From Eledone cirrhosa (Eukaryota), in contig OZ024747.1 in assembly GCA_964016885.1 (NCBI GenBank), positions 21,824,001-21,888,000 on the forward strand: 64,000 nucleotides of DNA. The letters run 5' to 3'. A model generated the notes under the pieces. The model worked only from the letters and a program-made list of their open reading frames with translations. It did not search any database and was not told the DNA's origin. The translations under genes were made by a program, and so were the position numbers. Shown here one piece after another: positions 1-14,714 of the stretch (its first letter is position 1; each line of letters starts with the position of its first letter).

Positions 1-629
1 AGAATTGATAGAGTGTGTAATTAGAGAGAGCACTGTCAGCATATACTGTAATGTATATACATATATATATTATATATATAGATATATATATATATAGAGA
101 GAGAGAGATAAGAAAATGAGGGGGTTTTTTTAAAAGAAAAAAAACAAGAAGTCCTACACGAGTGAAAGTATAAGGAAAAAAGATGAAATCGAAAATGCAA
201 CGAGTCTTTTTAAGAATATTTATTTGTTTCCTTTACCGGTTTCACAGTTAGTATGCTTTTCAAAAGTAGAATTGAGATGGAGGGTTTGTGGTTTTTCTCG
301 CATCTGGTTTTTCTCAGATGCGAGAAAAACCACAAACCCTCCATCTCAATTCTACTTTTGAAAAGCATAATAACCGGTATTTGCATTTTCGATTTCATCT
401 TTTTTCCTTATATATATATACACTATATATATATATATATATATATATATCATATCATCATCATCATCGTTTTTACATCCACATTTCCATGCTGTCATGG
501 GGTTGGATGGAATGGTGTTTTACAGCCGGATGGTTTTTCTTGACGCCAACCCTTTTAGTTGCCACTTATATGAGGCAGGAAAACAGCGTACCTATTCTAA
601 AGTCTGGGATATATATGTGTGTGTGTATG

Positions 630-725
<96 letters not shown>

Positions 726-1786
726 CACATACACATATATATAGTGTTGATGATCTACACAATAAACACATCTAGCACACTATGGTTAGTGATAGGACAG
801 GCGCCTGGCCATATAAAGCTTGCCAAACAAAAGGTTGGGAGGAACCCTTCAGTTGTGTCAAAATTGTGTCTCTTGTGCATGTGTCATGATAAAATGTATT
901 CGGTAGTGTTCAGGATTGTATGTAAGCGAGATGCAGTCTCTAGCCTATCTGGAGGAGGTCAGTAGCCCCACTTGAGTACTGATTCAATTTGTTAAGAGCC
1001 ATCCCACCTTTTCTAGCTGGGAAAACAGTGATGTTGTTGCTGATATGGTCGACGTGTCGGGTTTAAGCCCTTCTTCAGGAGTACAAAATAGAGACAGGAT
1101 CACAATGGGGGAACAAAAAAGGTCAGAGTAAAGCCCCCAAAAATTCGAATATATACACACACACATATATAAATATATATCTATATACATATCATCATCA
1201 TCATCATTTTACATCCACTTTCCATGCTAGGATGGATTAGACGTGTTGCCATAATTCAAAAGCAGACAGGTCGAAGTGACCTCATCTTGCTCATTCGTTT
1301 CATATACACACACGCACACATATACATGGGTTTGGGAGAAGGGGAAATAATAATGGTGAAAATTTGAAGAGTTGTGCCTTGGTAACACATCTCTTCGTAG
1401 AAGGTGATTGTCATATCATCTGAAGATTGCCTGAATTATTAATTCGGACATGACAGCATTAGCAATAATGTATTAATATTTACACTGACTATAACCATAA
1501 TATATACATATATATCATCATCATCATCATCATTCTTATCATTATTTTATGTCCATTTTCCATGCAGGCTTAGATTGAATGGATTATCATATTCTGGAAT
1601 CTGACAAATCAGATGATCCCCTCTTTTGACACGTCTTTTATGAGTGGATGCCCGCCCTAATACTAACCACTTTACAGTGTGTACTAGATGGATTTTATTG
1701 TGGCTGTAGCACTACCACTTTACAGCATGAACTGGGTGCATTTTGCCATGGCACCAGCAATATCATTTTACAGAGCAGGTTGTGTA

Positions 1787-2030
1787 CATTTTATCATAGC
1801 ACCAGAACCACTACAGAGTGATCTGGGAGCATTTTATCATGGCACCAGAACCACTACAGAGTGATCTGGGAGCATTTTATCATGGCACCAGAACCACTAC
1901 AGAGTGATCTGGGAGCATTTTATCATGGCACCAGAACCACTACAGAGTGATCTGGGAGCATTTTATCATGGCACCAGAACCACTACAGAGTGATCTGGGA
2001 GCATTTTATCATGGCACCAGAACCACTACT
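1787..2030. repeat. 43-bp tandem repeat, about 5.5 units
   Basis: CATTTTATCATGGCACCAGAACCACTACAGAGTGATCTGGGAG. Confidence 0.95.
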
Positions 2031-4742
2031 TTATAGAGTGATAGCCAACCCTAAATTGCCATAGGAAATTAACAACCTTATGATTTCATTTTTTCTCACA
2101 TACACACATATTTATCTATTTTGATACCAACCCACCGAAAACACCCTCCAGCTCCATGAAACAAACCACCTACTTTAAAGTGTTCCTATTTAAAATAAAA
2201 TATCCCAGCATAATTTATAAGAACTAATTCTTACAAATGCTATCTTAATAATTAAATAATTAATAAATCAGAAAACAGCACAGCTCCCATAACTTTTGGA
2301 AACATTTTTTTATGCTCAGAGTTGCTGAACCATGGAACAAACTACCTGCATCAGTTGTTAGCTGTCGGGACACCACACCCTTAAAAACTTCCATGCTTCC
2401 TGAAATTCGCCAACACTACACCTGACATTTCCCCACCATACACATGCATGTGTGTCTGTATGCATATCATGACTCATACACTTTCCTGACATTTGTACAT
2501 TATTCTATTTGCACTGTACATGCACCTTCGATGAGTTGTAGTGCACCTGAGCACTGCACATAGTAATTTTTATTATATAAATTTAAATAAATCCTTCTAA
2601 AATCTTCATTAATTGAAATACAGTATATTTTATTAACAATATGGTAATGAAAGGATTAATTGCTTTATGTAACCCATGCTAGCATGGAAGATGGACGTTA
2701 AACAATGATGATGATGATGATGAACCAACTAAGGAGAAAATCAAAACCATTTCAAGTAAAAACCTCTCCTGCCCCTTACAAAAATACAATAATATACCAA
2801 CAATTTAGATATTCCATTTACCATTTAACAATTACACCACACCTAATTATCAGAACCATTCAGCAAATTTGGTAGACTCATTAGAATGCCAGAGAGAATG
2901 CATTGTGGTATTTGATCTAGCTTTCTATGCATGCACATCATTCATCATCATCATTTCATTTTACGTCTGCTTTTCCCTGCTTGCAAGGGTGGGACGGGAA
3001 CTGATTCTGGCTTAATTTCTACAGCTGGATGCCCTTCCTAACACCAACCTCATTTACAGTGAGTGCTGGGTGCTTTTTTGCCGTGACACCTCCACGACCA
3101 CTTTACAGTGGAATGATATGGACCCCAGTCCCTATCATCTCATTTCTACAGCTGAGTAAACTGGAGCAATGTGAAATAAAGTGTCTTGCTCAAGGAAACA
3201 ACACATCACCCGGTCTGAGAATTGAACTCACAACCTTTCGATTGCAAGGCCAATGCTCTAACCACTAAGCCATGTGCCTCCACTGAGTTCAAATTCTTCT
3301 GAGGTCAACTTTGCTTTTCAACCTTTCCAGTACTGGGGTCAATTTTTTCTCTGTATCTCTTTCTCACTTCTCTATCACTCTCTTTCCTTCTCTGGAAGAA
3401 ATTAACTATGTTCCAACTTGAATTGGGGGGAGGATGGGCTCCATCAGGTTTAAAGTGCCCAAGTATGTTACTACGGAGCACCTGTGACTCTATCAGGAGT
3501 TATGGGTTCATACATACAATAACCAGAAACAAGCATATAAATTGTCTCAACCAAGATATAGATTTGCAGTCTGAAGAGACACATTAAAATTAGAAACTTC
3601 AAGGTTGCTGCTATATTTTTTCTTTAAAAAATAAAAGGTACACTTTGTGTATATATATTGAGTACTCATTCAGTTAATATCTCTTTGTATGATTTTACAT
3701 AAAATACGTCCATCAATCATCATCATTATCATTTAAAATCCATTTCCCATGCTAGCATAGGTTGTGAGACAAGTCAGATCAGATGACCATGGCTTGCTCA
3801 CACAGAACTATTTCTAGCTTGGTTTCTATAGTTGGATGCCCTTCCTAATGCCAACCACATTTACTGTGTGGACAGGGTGCTTTTTATCGTGATGCTAAAA
3901 CAACCACTTTACAGTGTGGACTTACAGTGGAATTGAGCTCACGACTTCTTGATTCTGAATCCAACACTAATCACTAAGGCACGTGCCTTCATTATATATT
4001 TATATATCATCATCATCCTCAACATTTTACTTCAGTTTATCCATGCTGGCATAGGTTGGATGAGTTGTTATAAACCAAGTCAGTGCTTAACTCTTTTGTT
4101 ATCATATTTGTAATGAAAGACACTGCTCGCGATTCAATTAATTTTAAAAATAATCAAGAATTTAAATGGTTTTAGCAAAATTCCTAACTTTCTCATTATT
4201 GAAATAATTATTAGTATTTGGAACATAACTGCTTTAAATGTTTTTACATAAAATTATGAAAGAAAGTTTTAATTTAAATATATAGAATATAACATAAGAG
4301 ATTTTATATCATAGAATTATGTGTTGTCTCAGGCAGATTAGAATTGAAAGAGTTAATTGGAGCTACTGTCCTTCTAGTTAGGTTTTAGGGACCATGTTTC
4401 AGTCAACCTGTTCCCTTTTCGGCATGGTTTTCATGGATGCTTTTCCTAATGTCAACCATGGATGGGTGACACCAGATGTCAAGTAAAAGCAACATGAAAT
4501 AAAGAGAATGGTGATTAATGGAAGAAGGTGACAAAAAGAAAACAGAGTAGACAGAGAAAGAAGAGAGAAGAGAGTGAGAGAGAGAGAACTACAGTTAGCT
4601 GTGGGGGATGATGGTTAGGGACATGGAATATGAACAAATCAGATGACACTCCCTTGTTCAATGTTCTAGAGATTGAAGGTAGATAAAAATAGATGATTGA
4701 TGACAGGGGAAGTATAGTTAAGAATAATAGTTATAGAATAAT

Positions 4743-4928
4743 TGTTTCTACTTTTGGAACAAGGCCAGCAATTACCCAGTACATTACTGGTACTTTATTT
4801 TATCGACCCCATAAGGATGAAAGGCAAAGTTAACCTCGGCGGGATTTGAACTCAGAATGGCAAGGGCAGTAACTCTATGCGTCAAAGCATGGCGTCTGAC
4901 TCTCTACCGATACTGCCAATCTACTGCC
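4743..4928 (-). mobile_element. tRNA-derived SINE with target-site duplication
   Basis: Family consensus flanked by duplicated AGTTATAGAATAAT. Confidence 0.85.
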
Positions 4929-5179
4929 TAGTTATAGAATAATGATAATGAGTAATGGTGGAAGGATAAAGTATAGACAAGCCAAATGCTACACCTTGCT
5001 ACATGGTGGCACTGCACAGAGGATTCAATATATAGTGATTGATGAGAGACTGATAGGACAGTGAACAGGGTAGTACATCGAGAAAGGGGCTTAATAGAAG
5101 CATACTGGGGGCCTTACTTGAGGCAGTAGGTGAGGCTTCTCCAGTACTATATGTTGCCAATCATTGTAATTTCTTTGAC

Positions 5180-5960
5180 AATCTGTCTGTCTATCTGTCA
5201 CTCTGTCTATCCATCTGTCCATCCACCCATCCCTCTATCTACTTATCTAGCTAGCTATCTGTCTATGTTTGCCTGTCTATTTATGTCTGTCTGTCTGTCT
5301 GTCTGTATATCTATCTGTCTGTTTGCCTGTCTGTCTATCTATCTATCTATTCATACTTCCCCCTTTGTATTTGTCCCCTTCTTGTGTGCCCCTGTGGCTA
5401 ATAAAGAAACATATCTATTCATCTATCAATCTATCTATCTGTCTGTCTATCTCTCCATCTGTCTGTCTGCATATTTATCTCTGTCTGTCATTCTGTCTAT
5501 CTAGCTATCTATCTGATTACTTGTCTATTTATCTGTCTGTCTGTCTATCTATTCATCTATCTATATGTTTGCCTGTCTATTTATCTGTCTGTCTGTATAT
5601 CTATTCATCTATCTATATGTTTGCCTGTCTATTTATCTGTCTGTCTATCTATCTATATGTTTGCCTGTCTATTTATCTGTCTGTCTGTCTATCTATTCAT
5701 CTATCTATATGTTTGCCTGTCTATTTATCTGTCTGTCTGTCTGTCTATTCATCTATCTATATGTTTGCCTGTCTATTTATCTGTCTGTCTGTCTATCTAT
5801 CTCTCTGTCTCTCTGTTTGCCTGTCTATTTATCTGTCTGTCTATCTATCTATTTATCTATTCATCTATCCATCTATATGTCTATCTCTCCATCTGTCTGT
5901 ATGTTTATGTCTATGCCTGTCATTCTATCTGTCTGTCTGTCTACCTTTATATCTATCAAT
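5180..5960. repeat. Complex (TCTA/TCTG)n microsatellite
   Basis: Direct reading. Confidence 0.95.
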
Positions 5961-6343
5961 TCCTCTACCCAGATATGTGACTTACTTAGTGTTTGAGTGA
6001 ATGATTCTAACACTTCACAAAACTCAGATCCCAAACTAAAGTACAATTGATTTAAACTAAATGGTAGTAATTTGGTTGACCACAAGAAAAGTATTTCCTC
6101 CTCAAACAGTAAATACTTGGAGTCTTTCCAGGATTTTCACTAAAATGAAAAAAAAAAAAAAAAAAAAAAAAATCACATAAAAAATGCCATTTGATATTAC
6201 TAGATCTCATCTATAGAGATCTGTCATTTCAATGTCTGCCACTGGCAGATTGAATAATCTATTTTATTCCTCCCCTAAAATGGTAGTATTCACACTGTGT
6301 AAAAAGCTAACTAGATTTTAGAGTTTGGATCTTGTTGGGTTAA

Positions 6344-6548
6344 CCCTTTAGCATTTACATTACTCTATATTTACTGTTGCATTTTCGTGGTAAAGGCTTT
6401 ATCACATAATATCGAATCTATGACATTTTGATATTATTTATTTTGAGAACAAAACTTAATGTCAGTATGAGTGTCCAGTTACAGATGATTTGAACAGAAA
6501 GAGGTGAGGGAATTCTGGCCGGATATGGCCAGTTTAAATGCTAAAGGG
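6344..6548. mobile_element. piggyBac-like MITE, family A
   Basis: TTAA-CCCTTTAGCATTTA...TAAATGCTAAAGGG-TTAA; further copies 37551-37738, 39363-39566, 47997-48212 and partial about 27228-27412. Confidence 0.85.
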
Positions 6549-6699
6549 TTAACTATGCCTGTAATTCACCTACAGACAATACAGTAAATTATTACTACAG
6601 CCATCAATTGTAATAGTAATGTAGTAGTATGCACCATTTTTTGCTAAGGGCTTTAGGTGCCCATGCAGTCATGAAGATATAGACACCCCCTCCTCCCTC

Positions 6700-7100
6700 C
6701 TTGATATAGAGGTCACTCTGGAAATATGGGATGTCAAGGTCCGGGACGCAGCCTGGCTCAGGAAGAAGGAGGACTGCAACGACATCAACGAGGTTGAATT
6801 GGATTCCATATTGAAGGGAGTGAACCTCGCTCTGAGATGGGGGTTGTGCACCATAGAGATTCATACTGATTTGGCCACTTTACTTGGCTGGGTGAGATCA
6901 GTGCTTACCAATGAAAGGAGGGTGCGAATCAGAGGGGTGGCAGAAATGTTAATAAAACACTGACTAGGGAATCTGGGAGAGTTGGCTGCTGAGTTCGGCC
7001 TGAAGTTGAGTGTGGTCTTTGTGCCCTTGGAGAAAAATCGGGGGAGACATCTTAACCAGGGTGAAGAAAGCCTGGTTGGAAGTGCCAGAGGATGTGAAAG
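6700..7100 (+). mobile_element. Ty3/Gypsy LTR-retrotransposon pol fragment (RNase H region), decayed
   Basis: Plus-frame DAAWLRKKEDCNDINEVELDSILKGVNLALRWG..IEIHTD..GWV..AEMLIK*..FVPLEKN/DILTRV with a stop and a frameshift. Confidence 0.75.
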
Positions 7101-7701
7101 TCGACTCCGACATTACCAGACAGAGTGTCTAGAAAGATCCAGTCGTTGGAGCTTCGGATAGAATGCTTTGCAGTATTTGTCCTGGGTCTTGTGCTTTGAG
7201 TTCAAATTCCGCTGAGATCAAGACTGAATCGACAGTCCATTAAATTGCTACCTTGTTCTTTGTACTGCAAAGGAAGGTTGGGCGTGGGGCCATCGACCCC
7301 ATAGTGTAAAAAACACTGTACTACAGAAACCACAACATATTACCAGCATTTTACACACACATACACTCAAATACATATACACATAAATTCTGGAGAAATG
7401 AAAGGTAAAATCAATCTCTTAGAACTTAGTCTACCATCTGATGGTTTCTCAAATACCAGTCAATTACATGGCAAAATCGATAGCGTGTCTGACAAAAAGC
7501 TTTATGCTATTTAGCTACGTCCCTTAATGTGTTGGTTTTTCCGGTTCACTCTTAAGAAGTCGATAAAACAAAGTGTCAGTCAACTATGGAACCGATATAA
7601 TCCTAAACTTTTGGCCTTGTTCCTATGTAAAAAAAAAATGTTGTATCGGCAAAATCAATTGAATTAATCTCAGTATATAAACACTACTCCATACTCTAGA
7701 G

Positions 7702-9978
7702 CAAAGGTTCTCAACGGGGAGCATATGCACCCCAGGGGGCGTTTCGGAACTCCAGGGGGGCGTTAGGGGGGCCCTAGAAGACTCTTTACTTTGGTAAGTT
7801 TTATAAGCCATATTTGTATGTCTTTGAGACAGCCAGTGTAAATGCATTTGAATGAGCATGCAGACAGCATAACTATGGTTTGACCGAGGCTGTGAGCAGG
7901 TGTATCTAGACATTAACCGGCAATTGAGATCCTAACAATGGAAAAACACACAGTCAACTGGGTCAAGGACACTTTGAGTACAGCCAGTTAGAATCTTGTC
8001 TTTCCTTCACCGATAACAATGTATTTCATGTCTGAAATTATTGACTCAACCGTAATGAGTTAACACCATGTAGATCTATTTTATTCCCTATTGTATAAAT
8101 AATATTACAAATAAAAAAAGAAAAAAAAAACACAGAAGCGGGTAGCACATACATCTAGGACCACATACAACAGATAAGCAGGTAATACATACATCTAGGA
8201 CTACCTACAACACACAGGCAGGTAATACATACATCTAGGACCAAATACAACACACATTGTATCATATGCTACGGACGACGCAAGAGCAATGGTCGGCCAA
8301 CATAAGGGTTTTGTCTCTCTTCTGAAGAGAGAAAATCTATCTGTATTTGTTGTTCATTGTGTCATTCATCGACAACACTTGGCTGCGAAGAAACTCAGCA
8401 AGCTGCTGAGGAAGTCCTTGCAGGTGGCCATTGATGTCATCAATTTTATCAAACGGCATTCCCTCAATGAACGAATTTTCCGGCAACCGTGCCAAGATAA
8501 TGATGAAGAATTCGTCAAGTTGCTCCTTCATAATGAAGTGAGGTGGCTTTCAAAGGGCAAGTGCCTTACTCTCTTCTTTGAACTGTTCGACTCTATCATT
8601 GAGTTTCTGCGAGGACGGAATACAGAACTGTACAAGAAAACCCTCGGTGTGAGGAAAAACTGCACCTACCTCACCGACATCTTCGACAAATGCAATAGCG
8701 TCATTTTGGCTTTGCAGGGGAAGAAGATCACCTTGCTTAAAGCAAGGAATGCTGTGAAAACATTCCTGGCCTAATTGAATGTCATCGAAAGGAATCTTTG
8801 TTGACGAGAATTCTATAATTTTCCTAGTGTCGCCAATGTTCAAAACATTGTAAGCGATGACCAACTCAAAATTTATACCACTCACCTCCGTGCACTACAA
8901 GATAACATGAGAGAATGGTTTGTCGACCTTTTGCCGATGGACATCCCAATGTGGGTAGCAGATCCCTTCATAGCTAACGTCGATGATTTGGACGTTATAT
9001 TTCAGGAAGAATTCATTGAACTTCAAGCAGATGACACGATCAAAATTAGATTTCCCAAAACCCCTTTTTTGGATGCAAGAGGAAATTCAGCGTCGATTTC
9101 AACACCTACATGCAGAGGCTAAGATTTGCTCTGCCTTTTCCAAGCTCATACTTAGTCAAGAGGAGGTTTGGTGCTGTTTCCAGACTGCACAGTAAGGCTC
9201 GCAACCGCTACAATGTAATTACACGTGGAGATCTCCGGCTACATCTTACGAAAATCCAACCTGACGTCAAAGAGTTAGCTAGACTCCATGAAGCTCAAGG
9301 GTCCCATTGAAATGAGTCAATGTTAAAGTAAGTTGATTTATCCGAAAACTTGGATATGCTATTGTTACAAAGCAAACTAACAATTTTTTTTATTTGTAGT
9401 TGCAGTCTGACTGGACTGGAAACCATCTACTACAATTCACTTACTCATTTGTTGTATATATTTTACCATTTACTAATAAATATACCCCCCCGCGCGGTTA
9501 TGAAACCTCTTCCGTGGTCTCTAAGCTCACAAAGCAGACGGGACATCAAGTTAGATATCAACATTTATTCTGTCCGTTTCATTAAAGGGAAAATTGGAAA
9601 GCTTTGAAATGATATAATTGCCACTTTCTTCCAGATAAGTGCACTCTTTGGATAGACAGAGTTGCTCTTGTATAAATGTTCAAAATAGCTGGTATCGCCT
9701 GGTGGGAATATAACAAATTCAACTGGTACTTATTCATAAAAAAGAACAAACATTTATGTTCCTTTTTTTGAAATTTATATATTTCCTTTCAAGGAATGTA
9801 TTCATACTCTCAGCTGCCTGCAATCGTATCTTTGACATATTGTTAATCAATTTTTTTAGTAATCTACTGATATCAATATCAGTAGTATATTGAAAAATTG
9901 AAAAATAGGCTAGGGGGGCGTTTCGTGATTTCGAGGGACAAAAGGGGGCTTTTGGCCTAAATGGGTTGAGAACCTGTG
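7702..9978 (+). mobile_element. Non-autonomous hAT (Charlie/Buster-type) DNA transposon with transposase remnant
   Basis: TIRs CAAAGGTTCTCAAC / GTTGAGAACCTGTG, perfect 8-bp TSD CTCTAGAG; remnant ORF with [33 protein letters not shown]; stops and frameshift. Confidence 0.95.
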
Positions 9979-10189
9979 CTCTAGAGGAATGAACGATTAA
10001 GTCAACACTCTACAAGATTTCAACTCATAGTTGAAAATACCGTATGTGATTACATGCTAGATATTAATTTCATCAGCTGCAATATAGTTTAACACCAACA
10101 CTTTCAATTGTCAGTCAATAGTTTTAAAAAAAAATCCACTGGAGTTACCTGCCCTTAGAGATTCACAACTATTGCGACTAGTTCAGGCA

Positions 10190-10315
10190 GTAAGCGCCAT
10201 TTTCCACATGATTTATAATTTCTCCATTTCAGGTGTTGTTTATTTTATCTGTTCTGCAAATTATCACACCAAATTTCAGTTATCTTGTTACGATTGTGCT
10301 TCAAGTTAAGTAAGT
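10190..10315 (+). promoter_or_regulatory. Candidate eIF2-alpha transcription start and non-coding first exon
   Basis: YY1-type GCGCCATTTT at 10194-10203, donor-like GTAAGT at 10310-10315, locally more CpG; the ATG exon begins at an acceptor, so an upstream exon is required. Confidence 0.45.
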
Positions 10316-13300
10316 ACCATTTTCACGCGTCTTTATTATAGTTTTAATCTCTGATTTGTTAAATACGTATCATGCACCCGGTCTAACGTGAAAGCAACGT
10401 GGAGTTGACAACTTTTTTTCTTGTCCATCCTTTTTACATATTTCTTCAATAAAATTTTGTTCCCCCTCCCCTTTATAAGTATTTTTAATAGCCAGAAATC
10501 GTATTCTTCGAGTTATTTAACCGTTTCAGTTTTAAAAATCAAATTATATATTCTTTTCTTCTCTGTCCATTGAATATAATGATAATCGGCAATTACAAAT
10601 CTACTTACACATTCAAATCGACAAGAAATCTAATCTGTAGACTTCTTTTTATTGATTCGAGAATATAAAATATATCTGAAAAATAGCATCTTTAGGTTTT
10701 AAATGCCAATTGATTAGTAATAAAAAGACTAGATTAGATTCACTTTCCCTTTTGGGTGACAAGCTGATCGAATATATTACACTCATATTCTTCCGAGCAT
10801 CACAAAATATTCTACAAGCTCTCTGCTAACCCACTACAACTTGAATTCTATTCCTGATTGAAACCATATCATTTCACTCCATTCGTGTCCCACATAACTT
10901 GAGCCAATGGCATGGACCACACTATTATCCTCCTTTTATTTATCTAAGGTTGTCTTGTGTGTGGTCAAAATGGGTTATAATTTCGATAGCGGGCGCTAAA
11001 TTGTGGGATAAACAAAATTATTTTTTTCTTTTCGCCGAAGAATTTCTAAATCTGCATTAACAATGTAACTGAAGTGAAACGGCATGCACTCGGAGTCGAA
11101 ACAAGTCATAGATTCTACTTGCCGGCAACATTTATCTTTTACTTAACATGTAGTTATTTATAACCGGGTAAATATCACTCTCGTGTTTGATATATAATGT
11201 GGTTTCGACCGGGTAAATCAAAACCTGGTTTGAGACTATTTAGTTTCGGGTACATATTTCTTTATCGTTCAGTGTTGGTTTAGTTTACTACCAATGCATA
11301 TTGTACCGGTACAATAGCAGTTTTAGCTATTTCTGGAAAGATCGTTCTTTCTCATTTGTGTAGATTTTCATATTCAATGTAGATGGAATGATATTCTTGT
11401 ATATTGGGCTACTAATTTCTATATTTCTATTTATTTTCATATTTTCCGTAGTTAAACATGACATTTCAAACTAACAAAGGTACTTCCACACGGTCGTTCG
11501 ATCTGCTAGAAATAGTAACCAGATCTGCCTTTAAAAAAAGAACTCATTGAGCAGTGGTAGTTCTAGATACATCATGCATGAAAAAAAAGGGACGACCGGT
11601 TGATTATCGCCGGAACAACTTTGATCGTAGGTCTGTTCCGGCTTGAGACGAGGCAACATATGGCATTTGTTTTACACACTGTTGAAGTTGTCTCCATTAC
11701 AGAATTAACAAAAATACTGTATATTTCATTGAAAACATTAATAGTGTATAGATTCACTTTCGGAAAATTTGAAATACTGCTTCAATTTTTTTAAGGATGA
11801 ACAAAATTATATTAATTCACACTCAATTTATAGTTCTCATCTACCCAATTTCAATGAAGGTTGGGTTAAACTGTGATAGAAAGGAAGAGAGAAAGAGAAT
11901 AGACTCATATACGAATAAAAACAATCAAATAACCGAGAACCGAGCTTGTTTTAATGAACAAGTATAACACAAAAATATTTATACACTCTTATACACTGGT
12001 CATCATTTGAATTTATAACTAGATACTAAACTACCTGAAACCGCCCCTAGCTCTACATTACAAAACTAGTTTTAAAATATCGATATTTATCAAAAAACTT
12101 TCCATCATAATTTTACGTAAGAACATTTATGTTCCAAACACCAGATAAATAATGAAAAAGTCGGTGATATTACTAAATACTCCAAATTCTTCATTATTTT
12201 CAAAATTATTTGAAAATCATATTCCATTAGAAATATGATAAAGAAAGGATTAGAATAAATGGTGAGACAAATGGAAAAAATCTTGAAAGTATGCTTATAT
12301 AAAACTTGAAATTCTTAATGATGAGAAAGTGATTCCATGTCCAAAGAACATATGTGTGCACTTGAATAAGATAATTTGAATTCAAAACATTGAGAAATTG
12401 AAAGGATACAATGTTAAAACTTACACTATTCACTTTAATTTTGTTACAGAAAATGAAATTGTGCTATACTACATTGAATACATATATTCTTTCCTTGTTC
12501 TGCTTAGGCAGTAGAGCCTTAATCTTTCACTTCCATATTTATAATGAAATACACTGCCTATGTGTTTCAATTAATGTTGGAAATAACCAAATATTTGAAA
12601 GAATTTAATAAGATATCTACTGGACTAATGGCACCAGTAGATTACTTGCTACAAGTGGAATTAGATAGACATATATGGGTTTTTCTCTTCTATTGAAATT
12701 TCAAAACAAATCTTAGTCTATATTGAAAAATTAAAGAGTTTTAAAATAAATAAGTCATGAAGATATGCTCCCAGTACACTCTGTAAAGTGATAGTGCTGG
12801 TGCTATGATAAAATATACTCAGGCGTTACTGTAAAGTGGTAGTGCTGGTACCATGAAAAAAGCACCCAATCCACACTGTTGGGTGGTAGAGCTGGTGCCA
12901 CAAGAAAACGAATCCGGTACATGCTGTGCCAAAAAGGAATGTATGAGCATGACTGTCATCTTACCTCTCTGTCTAGCCTCAGAATGTGGCAACCCGTCTA
13001 ACTCATGCAAGCATGGAAAATAGATGTAAAATGGTGATGATGATGATAAAATAAACATATAGCAGATTTCAATATGACCAGTGCACATAATAAAATGACA
13101 CATTTTTATCCAAAATTTATTTTCTTTACAATTTTATTTTATTTTCAAATGCTGTTCATATCAGTTACTAATATAGAAAATACACGTCATACCAACTTTC
13201 ATATTCTATTCTATGTAATTTTTATTTTAAGTTACATGGATATTAAGAGATATCATTTGGCAGGGTTGGACGCCATGCTTTCCAGCATAGTTACGTCCCT

Positions 13301-14714
13301 TTACGGTCTGAGTTCAAATCCCATCGAGGTTTACTTTGCCTTTCATCCTTATGGGGTCGATAAAATAAAGTACCAGTAATGCACTGGGTAATTGCTGGCC
13401 TTGTGCCTAAAGTAGAAACAATTATTTTAGCAGTTATTGTGCATAAATAACATGTTCACTTTTAACTTCTATTCTCATATTTCCCTTTGTCTAAGTATTT
13501 CACTTAGATTTAAGTGCAAGGATTTGAAATATCCTTCTATTGTTTACAATCATCAACTCTTTCTGTATATTATCACACAGCAAAATTCCCATCATTTTTT
13601 TAAAGAACCTATTATGTTTAAAAAGAAAAAAATCAGCTCAGTATAGCAATAAACAAAATATTGAGATATTTAACTAAAACTCCTTTGACTAAAACACATG
13701 CTCTAATTTTGCTGCAAATATAGTCAGTAAATTGGTGAATATATTTCTGACAGAAATGAGCCATCTTTCAATAGAGTCTTTCTTATCGAAGTCATTGCCA
13801 ATAACAATATTTGATATCTATTTGAAATCATCATTATTGTTATGTCCACTTTTCTACACTAGCATGGATGGATGAGACTTTCTAAGGCAATTTTTCTAAA
13901 GCTGGATACCTTTTCTGAGGGTAGTGAATTAAGAAAGTTGTTAGGGTGTTTGTTCTGACCTACTACACTACTTGCTGAGATCAACTTTGTCTTTCATCTT
14001 TTTGAGGTCGATAGATAAAATACTAGTCCAGTACTGGAGTCGATTCTACCTCTGTCTCTTTCTCATTTCCTCTTTCTCTGGAAGAAATCGGCTATTTTCA
14101 GACCTGGAGAGTTCAATTTCTAGCTGTCTGATGAAGTCATAACTGTTGCATAATGGTAATCACCAAAATATATACAACATGAATTATGAATAAATGAAGT
14201 AAATTCTAACCCGTTGACTTGTACTTCATGATTATATACATACATATCATCATCGTCATCGTTTAACGTCCATCTTCCACGCTTGCATGGGTTTGGACGG
14301 GAGGTTTCCCACTTGAGGCAAGATTTGTTGTCCTGCTCGTATAGGACTGTCTGGCGGGTTTTCTACGGCTGGATGCCCTTCTTAACACCAACCACGTTTA
14401 CAGTGTGGACTGGGAGGTTTTTACCGTGTTACCTACACGGCCACATTACAGTGTGGACTGGGAGGTTTTTACCGTGTTACCTACACGGCCACATTACAGC
14501 GTGGACTGTGTGTTTTTTTGTCATGACACCTACACGACCTCATTTGTTTCGGACTGGATGTTGTGGTACCAACATAACTTCACATTTAAGGGGGTATATA
14601 TATATAACTTTTTTTTTCTTAATTATTGTATCCATTACTTTTATTTTTATATATAAATCTACAAATATGTTGTTTCTATTGTTTTTTATTTTATTTTTCT
14701 AGTCAATTACCAAA

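Noticed and set aside
5130-6000. LSIY/LSVC-rich ORFs
   Set aside because: Translations of TCTA/TCTG microsatellite
8289-9310. Domesticated ZBED8/SCAND3-like gene
   Set aside because: Stops, frameshift, missing N-terminus and intact TIR/TSD indicate a transposon remnant
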